A stretch of DNA of 63,086 bases, filler included, from Globobulimina sp. (Eukaryota), in the NCBI GenBank assembly GCA_003354225.1. It is 45 parts of 45 records of this genome, joined end to end, with 100 filler letters (N's around TTAATTAATTAA, not from the genome) between each part and the next. Parts side by side here need not be neighbours in the genome. Positions count along the whole stretch, not along the records: positions 35,116 to 36,419 come from PIVH01019045.1; positions 36,520 to 37,823 come from PIVH01019046.1; positions 37,924 to 39,227 come from PIVH01019047.1; positions 39,328 to 40,631 come from PIVH01019048.1; positions 40,732 to 42,035 come from PIVH01019049.1; positions 42,136 to 43,439 come from PIVH01019050.1; positions 43,540 to 44,843 come from PIVH01019051.1; positions 44,944 to 46,247 come from PIVH01019052.1; 37 more parts are not named here. One strand, 5' to 3'. The notes below the pieces were generated by a model. It was not told the origin of the DNA, did not search any database, and was given only the letters and a program-made list of their open reading frames with translations. The translations under genes were made by a program, and so were the position numbers. This document shows positions 35,351 through 46,347 of the stretch, one piece after another; the stretch's first letter is position 1, and the number at the start of each line of letters is the position of its first letter.

Positions 35351-35590
35351 TGTGCTCTGTCTGCTCTTTTGTGTGGGGTTGTTCTGTCTGCTTTTGTGTG
35401 TGTCGTCTAACCTAAACTCTAAAAATAATTTTTTTCAGATTGATTGACTCAAACATATGTGTAATCACTTTATGACGGTCAGAACACACACCACACAAAA
35501 GAGCAGACAGAGCACACACAAAAGAGCAGACAGAACACACCCCAGAAAAGAGCAGACAGAGCCCACGCCACACAAAACACACACACAGAG
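35351..35590. mobile_element. Foldback-like element family C
   Basis: Perfect 26-bp inverted repeat at 35351-35376 and 35491-35516, extra tandem arm units, core shared with the 25288 copy. Confidence 0.8.
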
Positions 35591-35718
35591 TTTTCTTAGT
35601 TCGAAAAATATTTGCGCCATGCAGTAGTTTCCACATTTCTGCAGAAATGTACTTATTAATCAACACAATATGTGATTATTTGGAGTCAACCAGACACACT
35701 GTCTCGGTGAATTATGCG

Positions 35719-36321
35719 TTACTTTACAAAATCGTCGATGATTTGCAGTCCATTATTTGTAGATTTTGTTGTAAATGCCAGCTTATACGATGCAGGTTCA
35801 ATATTATCATATGCATTTATCCAGTGATTGCTATTTTTTTTGATACATATTTTATAGTTAACAAGATCCAATTTAATTTGATAAATATCATTCATTTCAC
35901 AATTTGAGCCAATAATATCACTTTTTATCAAATCAAAAACATATTCCAAACTAAAATTATCCGATGAAACAATTTTAATTACCATTGTTTTATAATAATA
36001 ATAATACCGACTGTTAGTATCAAAAACGATGGTTTTTAATTTCCAAATATAAATACTGCCAATATCAATGACCAGTGCACCTAATGCCACACCAAATGCT
36101 GTTTCAAATGAGTTATTGTTTCTGGTGGCAATTTTTCTGTCTGTACTAATTGAATATGTTAAACATGAATATGTTTCATCCCACTGCTCAGATTCTGGTA
36201 AAAAGAATCCACATAAATATATAACATCAAATGGTAAGAAACATTCAGTAAACATTCTACAATAACCAAATACTAATATCTCCACAGTTTCAGCTAATTT
36301 CTTCCTTTGCCTTTGAGCCAT
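35719..36321 (-). CDS. GYxR-motif family protein with SPRY/B30.2-like domain
   Basis: ILVFGYCR..LPFDVIYLCGFF, then IYIWKLK, DIYQIKLDL, YKLAF. Confidence 0.75.
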   Translation of the reverse strand: MAQRQRKKLAETVEILVFGYCRMFTECFLPFDVIYLCGFFLPESEQWDETYSCLTYSISTDRKIATRNNNSFETAFGVALGALVIDIGSIYIWKLKTIVFDTNSRYYYYYKTMVIKIVSSDNFSLEYVFDLIKSDIIGSNCEMNDIYQIKLDLVNYKICIKKNSNHWINAYDNIEPASYKLAFTTKSTNNGLQIIDDFVK

Positions 36322-36519
36322 GCACCGAAACTTAAGTCTTTTTTTTTAATTTTCAGTTTTGAACAATGGCAACAGCTACGTCTGATATCATATGGAGGAA
36401 CTTCAATGATACCCATTTGNNNNNNNNNNNNNNNNNNNNNNNNNNNNNNNNNNNNNNNNNNNNTTAATTAATTAANNNNNNNNNNNNNNNNNNNNNNNNN
36501 NNNNNNNNNNNNNNNNNNN

Positions 36520-37823
36520 CGAAACGCCATATTAACACGTAGACTTAAACACAAATTCCCTGAATCAATTCCAATTATTCTTAATTCTGAAATAATAACC
36601 CACATGGAAGTCCCTGAACGCAAAAATACCTTAAAAGCTCTTCTTGATTTATCACATCTCCCAATCAACCGACAACAAACAGTTTATAACTGGTTGTTAG
36701 ATCATCATGAAAATTTTTCACTTTATAAAACTGATTTAGGTGATTGTGATCTTATCATGCATGAAATCGAAACTGGTGATACTAAACCCATCCACATGCC
36801 TTTGCGACGTCTTCCTTTTGCTATGAGAGCGAGAGTTGAAGAATCTATCAACAACTTATTAGCTGCAGGTATTATAAGACCATCTCACAGTCCTTGGGCT
36901 TTTCCAATTGTCCCTGTCGTAAAAAAACACAATAGCCTAAGACTCTGTGTCGATTTCAGAGAACTTAACAAACATACCAAATCCGACCAATTTCCCCTGC
37001 CACGTATAGATGACCTCATCGATACTGTAGGCCGTATAAAACCTGTTATTTTCTCTACCACTGATATGGCTCAAGGTTTCCATCAACAACTTATGCACCC
37101 TGAAAGCATTGAGAAAGTTGCATTCGTGACTCACAAGGGATTATTCGAGTATGTTCGAATGCCCTTTGGAGTTAAGAATGGCCCAGCAACTTTTCAAAGG
37201 CTGATGCAACAAGTCCTAGCCGGTATAGATGACGAACGAATTATCAACTACCTTGATGACATCATGATTATGGCCGAAAGTGAAGAAAAACATAAAGAAA
37301 TCTTAGAAAAAGTACTACGCAGATTACATGAAGTAAAACTCAAATTAAATCCCAAAAAGTGTAGCTGGTTCCGATCTAAAATTATATATTTAGGATTTGA
37401 GATCAGTGCTGACGGTATAAGAACTGACCCCGCCAAAATTAACACAGTTAAAGATTGGCCAGTCCCAGTTGATTTAAAAACTTTGCGATCATTTCTCGGT
37501 TTTGCTTCATATTACCGACGATATATCCATAATTTTGCCAAAATTGCATCCCCTATGTATGAATTATTAAAACTTGACAAAACATGGGAATGGACACCAG
37601 ACTGTGATATTGCATTTAAAACTCTACAAATGCGATTGATAACAGCCCCTGTTTTAGCCTACCCTGACTTCACGCGTCCTTTTCGCATGGAGACAGATGC
37701 CTCAAAAGAGGCGGTTGCAGCAGTTCTGGCCCAAAAAGACCAATTTGGTAAAATTCACCCAATTGCCTATGTTAGTCGCACCACCCCACCTTATGACAAA
37801 AACTATACAGTAAGCGAAATAGA
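36520..37823 (+). mobile_element. Ty3/Gypsy LTR retrotransposon pol (RT and start of RNase H), uninterrupted fragment
   Basis: IRPSHSPWAFP, RLCVDFRELN, DMAQGFHQ, MPFGVKNGPATFQR, YLDD, TDAS. Confidence 0.97.
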
Positions 37824-37923
37824 NNNNNNNNNNNNNNNNNNNNNNNNNNNNNNNNNNNNNNNNNNNNTTAATTAATTAANNNNNNNNNNNNNNNNNNNNN
37901 NNNNNNNNNNNNNNNNNNNNNNN

Positions 37924-37974
37924 CCAAAAGACATGCAGTTGGCCCGAAGGATCAGAGGCGAAAATAATCAATAA
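37924..37974 (+). CDS. H3: Histone H3 (or variant) C-terminal 16 residues
   Basis: PKDMQLARRIRGENNQ-stop. Confidence 0.9.
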   Translation, partial: PKDMQLARRIRGENNQ

Positions 37975-38050
37975 ATTAGATTATATTATATTACTTTTCT
38001 TAATTCATGATTGTTGCGTAGTTATTTTATTATTCAACCTTCATAAACCA

Positions 38051-38066
38051 GGTGTTTTTCAACACC
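38051..38066 (+). promoter_or_regulatory. Histone mRNA 3' stem-loop
   Basis: AAACCA-GGTGTT-TTTC-AACACC-ACCA: 6-bp stem, 4-nt loop, 76 nt after the H3 stop. Confidence 0.88.
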
Positions 38067-38207
38067 ACCAATATTTATTTGTACATTAATATTTTCCAAT
38101 TGGTTGTAATTGTGAACCGTTTCTGCAGCAGTAACTTCTAGTGGTTTTTTTATAAATTACTTTGAACATTTTCTTGTGTTTTCCATCGTAGTGTATCTGC
38201 AAAGAAT

Positions 38208-39227
38208 ATGAGCTTTTCAAATTGGCTACAAAAGGCTGGCTTGAATTCCATCACAATTGAGTCCCTTCAGAATTCTCATTACAACTCTATGTATGCAAAT
38301 ATATTTAATTATATTTTTGTCATATTATTATCGTTTTTAATGTTGATTGATACATTTGTAATAGTGCTGTTTTAAAAGAATGTCGCAACGATGATATCAA
38401 TGAAATTGCAGCATCGTTAAACATTCATACACTGCAAAAATTGAAACTAAAATCAGCTTTAAGCCAACTTCATGAAAACGAATCTAACAAACACGTTAAG
38501 TATTTTATATTTATGTATGTGTGGAATAGCAACTTACGCAATTTGACAAATATAAATTGAAGAAAATGATATCGAATCAAGAACAAAATGCTATTTTAGA
38601 TTTAACGAATTTGTCAAATACATTACAAGAATATATTATTGATATCGATGCTGAACACAATGATTACGACAAAGAAGTAAAAACATTTGAGAAACAAATT
38701 GATAATGAATTTGATTTATTATTTGAGGAATTAAAAAAGAAAAAAGAAATAATCAAAAATAAACTTTGTCAAATGGTTAAACAAAAAATTAAAACCTTTG
38801 ATTCAAAACGAATGCAATATGAGTCACAAAAAGAGGATATAAATAAAACAAAAACAGAATGTCATCAATTATTGAATGATGCCATTAAACTCGAAAAATT
38901 AGATAAAAGAAAACAAAAAATATGTAAAATGACTAAAAACATTTTAAAAAATACTCAAAAAAACAAGATAATGATAGAGCGACGTAAAAAAATGCCATAT
39001 TATAAAGCAGCTCAAAAAATACATTTTTTTGATTTATTGTCTAAAGAAACATTGACAGCAATAAAAAATCTTGATATGATTGGAAAAACAATCGTTTCTG
39101 CGAAATTATTATCGTTGACCAACAGTGGCAAAAATCATTTAATTTTGGTACGATGGTTTATTGCAGAAACAAGCGATGAACAAATAAAAATTGAATGGGT
39201 AAAAATAGACGATATGGATGAAAAAAA
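38208..39227 (+). CDS. SAM-like domain plus long coiled coil, two introns, 3'-partial
   Basis: MSFSNWLQKAGL..DDINEIAASLNIHTLQKLKLKSAL spliced to the 38557 ORF. Confidence 0.65.
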
Positions 39228-39327
39228 NNNNNNNNNNNNNNNNNNNNNNNNNNNNNNNNNNNNNNNNNNNNTTAATTAATTAANNNNNNNNNNNNNNNNN
39301 NNNNNNNNNNNNNNNNNNNNNNNNNNN

Positions 39328-40591
39328 ATGAATGAAATGCAGGAGAGGATTATTGCAGAGAAGAACTTTAAACGTAACCCGGTGTCGCCGCGAATAAACC
39401 CGACTTTGATGAGGGCGGCAATGATGAACCAAAGGAAGCAGTTTCACAGTGCCAGATCGCGGCGAGGCAGCAGTTTCGTGGATGAGTACAACTTAAATGA
39501 TACGCTGTTCTTTGATGGCGATGAGGAAACTGATACGGTGCAAAATAGTGAACAGTTTTATGTGGATGAAATGGGCTCAGATAACGAGGATAATGAGGAT
39601 ATCGAGGATATCCCAGAGGAGAAAAAAGGTATTTTATATGTTTTTAAGTGTTTTTGAGTGTTATATCATAGTTTTGCGATGTCAGAGGAGAGTCCGACTG
39701 CAGAGGATGCAGTGGAGGAAGACGAGGATTCGATGACAGAGACAGAGCCAGAGACGGAGACAGAGACCGATGTTGATCCATTGTTGGGCACTATTGATGA
39801 GGATGACGATGAGGAAGAGATGAAAATATTTGATATTGAAAAGGATGATGAAAATGAAAAAGTGCTGGTATTTTATGAGAAATTGAATAAATTTTTAGTA
39901 TGGAAATGTGGAGAGAATGGCAATGGAATGAAAATAAATAAAATCAATGACAATGATTATGGGAATGCTTTATTTGAGGAGACTGGAATCAACACAGAAT
40001 GGGATATCTGTATAATAAATGATGACGATATCAGTGCAATGGGCAGAATGTATATTAATATTCAGCTGAGACAATGTAAGAAAAATGTTGTGAATGGCTA
40101 TAGTTTGACATTTCGAAGGAATGTGCGTGATATTAATGATACAAATAATTTAAAACCGAGTGTGTATATGAAAACAAAAAAGAAATAAGTGAGTGTTTTT
40201 TTTTGTTTGCTGATTTTGCGATCTCTATTCGTTAAATACGTATTATATATGCAATAATTGCTTGTATGATATAATATGTGTTGCATATATTTGTATGTAT
40301 TGTTTTGACATTTTCTTTATTTTCCTCTGTATTTTGTATTGTTAACCTTTTTTTTGATATATTTTTCCTGGTTTATATTAATGCAAAGTTTAATAGAATA
40401 AAAACATGCCGAACAATAAATATGATTTGGACATTACATTGTCCAATGAATACTATATGACAAAGAACATCCATAAATCTAAAACAACGAATATCATCAA
40501 ACTCACCAAAATCTATCGATACAAATTTCTGTCTGACATTAACGATCCAAAAACGTCAATTTTGTCCGATTTGCGTCTGTATACTTCATAA
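39328..40591 (+). CDS. Acidic hypothetical protein, multi-exon, partial
   Basis: D/E-rich ORFs separated by AT-rich intron-like segments; exact junctions not resolved. Confidence 0.5.
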
Positions 40592-40733
40592 ATTCGGTTG
40601 CCATGCTTTTCGTAAATCATGACCTGAAAGTNNNNNNNNNNNNNNNNNNNNNNNNNNNNNNNNNNNNNNNNNNNNTTAATTAATTAANNNNNNNNNNNNN
40701 NNNNNNNNNNNNNNNNNNNNNNNNNNNNNNNGC

Positions 40734-41357
40734 TATGGATGTAATAAATATGTGGTTGGTGATATGGTATCTGATAAATTAACATCATTTTTATCCGGCA
40801 TCAATGCGTCAAATAAAGAGATTGAATTGGTTGAAATTGGAAATCAGAAACAATATTTTGTACATCACCAAGAAGGAAACAAATGGACACTTCCCTCAGA
40901 ATTATCTGATTGGTTTAAGAATAATAAATCATCATTTACCTCGATATCATTGTACATTGAAGAAGAAGATTCATTTGAAGAAAAAAGCATTTTGGATAAA
41001 TGTCTTACTCAAAAAATAAGATTGCGAGACAAAAACGATGAAATGAAGAAAAAAATAAAAACGTTAAATAAAGAAATGAATAGGTTGAAAGGTGAGGATA
41101 TTAAGACAATGGATTTGAATGATTTATATGAGTTCAGACAATTGATTGCGACGACTGCCTCAAATATAGAAAAAGAAATCGAACAGAGACACAAAAATTC
41201 GGTATTATGTATAACTTGTTTGGATAATAAAAAAGAAATCTTATTTCAGCCTTGTCATCATTTATTAATGTGTCAGGATTGCTCAAATCAATTAAAAAAT
41301 GATAAGTGCCCCATGTGTCAGGCGCAATTTCATAATACAATTAAAATATTTTATTAA
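40734..41357 (+). CDS. Coiled coil plus C-terminal C3HC4 RING (IAP-type) E3 ligase, 5'-partial
   Basis: CITCLDNKKEILFQPCHHLLMCQDC..CPMCQ..IKIFY. Confidence 0.9.
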   Translation, partial: YGCNKYVVGDMVSDKLTSFLSGINASNKEIELVEIGNQKQYFVHHQEGNKWTLPSELSDWFKNNKSSFTSISLYIEEEDSFEEKSILDKCLTQKIRLRDKNDEMKKKIKTLNKEMNRLKGEDIKTMDLNDLYEFRQLIATTASNIEKEIEQRHKNSVLCITCLDNKKEILFQPCHHLLMCQDCSNQLKNDKCPMCQAQFHNTIKIFY

Positions 41358-41801
41358 ATTATATGGTGAATTTCAAAACTTATCATTATCCATAAATTAA
41401 GTACACAATCCGTGTAAATTTTTGTATACCAAATCTAAGAGAAAACAAAGGTGAATAAATAAATCCTATTCATTTGACTTTTTATTACGGATTTCACACT
41501 TTTATCACTTTTATTACGGAGTTTTCATGATTTCCATACATTTTAACATTTCATCAAATTTTTACTTTTACAACTTTTGATACAAAAAAAAGGGTAAATC
41601 AATTCGAAATCCGTAATAGGAAACCATTTGATTTTTTAGGTTCACACTTGTTTTGTAGCAGTGGTACAAAATTCAATCAGGACGTAAGTCCGATTCCAGA
41701 CTCACAGATTGCTGAAACAACCCTGTGAGGTATTGTGATTGACTAAGTTTTTTGCAGGCGCCACCCTTAGATTTGATTCTTCTTCTTCTTCAAAACTTTA
41801 A

Positions 41802-42035
41802 GAAATCCTTGGGTTTCTTTCATGTTTATTGGTTACATCAAAACGAATTGATAAGTATTTGAACAAAAAATCAATAATTAAAGCAAACAGACACAGCAAC
41901 AGCAACAGCAACAGCAACGGTAACAACAGTGATATTATGCTCCAAATTAACAACGCAATGTTTAAATGGTCATCAGCGGACATTCAACATCGACATGAAT
42001 TTAGGTTAAAAAACATATCTCTCAAAATAGAGAAA
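41802..42035 (+). pseudogene. ABCC-type transporter fragment (TMD1-NBD1 junction)
   Basis: VTSKRIDKYL..INNAMFKWS..LKNISLKIEK. No room upstream in the contig for the TMD. Confidence 0.6.
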
Positions 42036-42135
42036 NNNNNNNNNNNNNNNNNNNNNNNNNNNNNNNNNNNNNNNNNNNNTTAATTAATTAANNNNNNNNN
42101 NNNNNNNNNNNNNNNNNNNNNNNNNNNNNNNNNNN

Positions 42136-42340
42136 GGAAGGAAAATAGGTTAAAAGAGTCGCCCATCTGGTGAATTGATTGGTTTCTTAGTGAACATTTT
42201 TAAGGTTTTTCATATAATGTTACAAACGAAAACTGTATTTAATCGCTTAGATTTCTAACAAACAACAACAGCAACAGTATAGTAATAATATACAGCAACA
42301 GCAAAAATATACAGTATAGTAATAATATACAGTATAAATT
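42136..42340. repeat. Dispersed repeat family B, starting with the MITE-A terminus
   Basis: Begins GGAAGGAAAATAGGTTAA; interior matches 15273-15355. Confidence 0.8.
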
Positions 42341-42343
42341 AGA

Positions 42344-43105
42344 ATGGCTGTGTTAATTGCACCAATATTGCTGTTATTATTAGAATGTACATTGGCAGCT
42401 GTAACTCGGCCAACACTTTCATTCGCACCCAATTTCTTAATTATTGTAGTGGATAATTTTGAATATACTACATATTGGGACCATTCGTATCCAGAAGGAA
42501 CAACCTTAGCAAATAACAGAGTCGTTTCTTATTTAGACGTTTACCTTCCAACCATTCAATCTTTCATCGATGAAAGTATTGTATTTCCACGTTCCTACGC
42601 CAATCCACTATGTGCAGTTTCAAGATTTTCAATATTCCATCAGTAAAACATTAGGCAGCCCCACTCAAGATTTAACAGAAGGAGTATTAGCTACTGTATC
42701 CCGTACGAAACTATACGGTACAGATGATACTATAAATAACATGGTGTGTCGTGGATTGATGATGTACTCGAAGGTGTGTAACCGACAGGAAATGGGTGGC
42801 TCGATAATCCGTCGTGTTGTGAATACAGATTTAGTGATATTCAAAATTCGCATTCTATTGTTAGTAAAGACTGGAAATATATTTATAGAGCAAATAGTGG
42901 CTTAACAAATGTGGGCATTGCAGTGAAATATGCAAATGCTAATGACGTGGAACAATTATATAATTTAAATACAGATCCAAGTGAGCAGGATAATCAAATC
43001 AATAATGCGTCGTTAATTGGTACAATAAATGGATTTCAACAGATGATGCGTGAATATATTACAGACTCCTGTACAGAATTAAACGTAGTGTGCAAAATGC
43101 CATAA
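42344..43105 (+). pseudogene. Sulfatase, internally deleted and frameshifted
   Basis: Signal peptide, PNFLIIVVD, CAVSRFSI, then C-terminal DWKYIYR and EQLYNLNTDPSEQDN within only 760 bp. Confidence 0.75.
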
Positions 43106-43539
43106 TTATTATAATTGCCATATTAAATTTTAATTTATATATTATATATTTTTAATTTTTTATTGTTTGCTTTAGTTTTTATTGTCAGATATTATGGTAT
43201 TCCTTGAATAATGAGTAGCTTGAGGCTATAATACTAATTTATAATTCAAGGGGCTTACATTAGGGGGCTATAATATGGTCAATTTACCACATTACTCCCT
43301 TTTTTAGGAAAATGTGAAGTCTTTATTAGAGTTTTCCTATTTGACCTTGATTTTGCTCATGATCAACTTTTTTAAATCATTTGTGAATTGTTAGAGAAAA
43401 AGATTAAGTAAATGTTCGTCTCATGTTATCGTATCGATTNNNNNNNNNNNNNNNNNNNNNNNNNNNNNNNNNNNNNNNNNNNNTTAATTAATTAANNNNN
43501 NNNNNNNNNNNNNNNNNNNNNNNNNNNNNNNNNNNNNNN

Positions 43540-44031
43540 GCAGCTTTTGTTGTATCGTACCGACCACGATGTTACTCCTATGAATCTGTAATGATGTCTC
43601 GGCGTATTGTACTCTTATTAGTTTATGCATTTCCGTGGAATAATTTCATTTTTATACGTGGAACAATTTCATTTTTTTGTACGATTATATTAGCGATTCA
43701 TGTCAAAGTACAACCATTTTTAAACTCCTTCAACAATAGTTTAGAAACTGCTTTATTGTTATTGTTGTGTTTAATTTCTACAATATCCACTATTTCAAGC
43801 AAATCAGCTTCAATTTCAAGAGCAATAAATATTACCATTTCAATTTTATCCGCTTTACCATTATTACCATTGCCACTTTTAATGTATACATATTGTAAAC
43901 GGAAAGTTGTAGCATTTTCAAGAGAGAGTGGGCCAGAACAAGAACTTGTCTCTGCATATGCACCGACCGTTGCACAAACCCGTGTTTATGGTGATGTTGA
44001 CAATAACACAGGCCCTACTTATGATGCATGA
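43540..44031 (+). CDS. Multi-pass membrane protein C-terminus (TRP-like C-terminal family)
   Basis: SYRPRCYSYESVMMSRRIVL..HVKVQPF..NNSLE. Confidence 0.7.
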   Translation, partial: AAFVVSYRPRCYSYESVMMSRRIVLLLVYAFPWNNFIFIRGTISFFCTIILAIHVKVQPFLNSFNNSLETALLLLLCLISTISTISSKSASISRAINITISILSALPLLPLPLLMYTYCKRKVVAFSRESGPEQELVSAYAPTVAQTRVYGDVDNNTGPTYDA

Positions 44032-44180
44032 CTGGTTATAATACCATGTTAATTAAATTTCTAAACTTTTTAAATATTAAAGACAAGTTTTCTTGAAGTG
44101 AGCTAGTCAAATATTATTTAAATTCACTTGCTCGCATTGTTTATTGTAATTTGTAAAAGCTCTCTAAGAGATATGACTCA

Positions 44181-44843
44181 CTATTCGTCCTCTTCGTGTT
44201 GCATGAAAGCATCTGGATACATAAAATGAGAGACCGGATGTACCATTGTATTAAAAATGAAGAACATCATAACAATCCTAGCATATCTCCATAAAAAGCC
44301 TCGATACCATCCTTGTATTCCATCTCTTTTTGCAATAAACATTAATGACTTCGTTGCACGAAAATAGGTCTTACATTCAACATCTCCCTGCATGCACTTT
44401 ACAAAATATGTCAACACTATCAATAATTACTAAAAATAGAATAAAATGCAAGCAGTACGTACCGTTTTCACAGTATCAGCCGGCTGCGACAAAATGACAG
44501 AAAACAAACCAGCGCACAGTGAACAGCCAAATCGCAAGACTGGCAAAGGCACATTGAATGAGGCAAAGGTTGGATCACCGACGATTTTCTTTTCTAAAAC
44601 AGGTGTAATCCCCAAATATCCGAAGGTAAAAACACTTTCTCTCACCACACTTGGTAACATACCACGTGTCATGCCCAATATTCCACGCTCTCTCATGATC
44701 TTTGCTGGAACGCTGACTATAGTCCCTCCAAATAACTGTTGCTGAATCATTGTTAATTCAAATGGACCGCATGCAATGCCTGACAATGCGCCGCCGGCCA
44801 ATGCTGAGGCCATGAATTCTGTGCTTGTCAATTGGCGCCAAAT
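44181..44843 (-). CDS. Mitochondrial carrier family protein, 5'-partial, intron 44397-44462
   Basis: PFELTMIQQQ and PADTVKTCMQ signatures; ERGILGMTRG and RDGIQGWYRG. Confidence 0.92.
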
Positions 44844-44943
44844 NNNNNNNNNNNNNNNNNNNNNNNNNNNNNNNNNNNNNNNNNNNNTTAATTAATTAAN
44901 NNNNNNNNNNNNNNNNNNNNNNNNNNNNNNNNNNNNNNNNNNN

Positions 44944-45502
44944 TAATCGTTGACGGATTAATGTCGATTAGTCCACATAATGGGAATTTCCTTATAAATA
45001 TATACAAACTTATATAACATATATACTTTATATATATATATTATATATACCTGCTCCAATACTCATACTCGCCATTGGATATAGCACTGATCCATGCACT
45101 TCCTGTCATATTTTCTTTGATACGAAAAACTCTGACAAATGTAATCTGTTTTATATTTGATGGCAGCTCAAAATATAAATGAATAACAAATGAGCCTTTT
45201 AATTCTTCCTTGTTCCCATTTGGATAAACTATCAATTTGCATTTTATTCTGCATAACGTAAATATTTTACTTTCAAATTTATCCCCACATTTTGCCTTCA
45301 ATATTTTATTCACTAATGATGTATTATCAATTTTCCATTCGTATGTACCATTATTATCAAATAAATTGCCAATATATGACAATATAATAATCGATATTGG
45401 CGACGGAATATTGTAATATGGATAATGTTTGGTGTCAAATAGCAACTCAACATGTCTAACATAACCCAATAATATGGTTTGTGTTGTTTGAATAGCATCC
45501 AT
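44944..45502 (-). CDS. GYxR-motif family protein with MATH-like domain, 3'-partial
   Basis: ILLGYVR..IPSPISIIILSY, then YEWKID, FESKIF, LIVYPNG. Confidence 0.75.
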
Positions 45503-45562
45503 GATGTTTCAAGTGCACGCAGATGCACAGTTTTTTTTTAAGTGTTTCTTTGATATCACATA

Positions 45563-46247
45563 ATGCTCTTACAACCTGTCCGTGCTGTGTTAAGTTGGAT
45601 TATCTGTATCTTAGGATTTATATTGGAAATAATAATCGGATTATATCATTTAAAACATGTATTTAAAAATCGTTTCAAAATGCATATGTCCGTATATTGT
45701 TCGTTTGCTTTGATCATTTGTGGGATTATATTGTTATTGGATAATTTCTGGCTAACTACAGCATTTCATAGATATTATGAAAACACATTTGAATGTATTT
45801 TATACAAAGATATTACGGGTATTTTATACCCTTTATCTAAATTTATCTTTACATTATATTCGTTTTACGAATATGGGAAGCATTTAAAACATCAAATATA
45901 AGCTATTCCAAAACACCTTTAATTTTATGGATTATATTATTACTTTTATGGAATATCTCAAATATGATAATGAATATTAAAATGAATACAATATATTTAG
46001 TCGGTGCTGGTGAATGTCGCTACAATTTATCGCTATCAGCTGTTGTCAATACAATTTTATTTGTCAGACCAATTATTATTTTAAATAAAAGATTAAATCA
46101 ACATAATTCCACATAAAACCGTGGAGATTTTGAGTTGAAAATAGTTGCAATTAAACAATTTATTCTATCATTTATTGCTGTAATGTCGTCTGTTTCTGTT
46201 ATTATTTTGGGAGGTTTATTTTTTATGGCACCGGCCTGGGCTGCCTT
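45563..46247 (+). pseudogene. 7TM/GPCR-like gene with frameshifts and stops
   Basis: TM helices continue across frames (FVLRIWEAF.., IVAIKQFILSFIAVMSS) with in-frame stops. Confidence 0.55.
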
Positions 46248-46347
46248 NNNNNNNNNNNNNNNNNNNNNNNNNNNNNNNNNNNNNNNNNNNNTTAATTAAT
46301 TAANNNNNNNNNNNNNNNNNNNNNNNNNNNNNNNNNNNNNNNNNNNN

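Noticed and set aside
36520-39227. Gypsy element inserted next to a histone gene
   Set aside because: They are on different contigs separated by a spacer.
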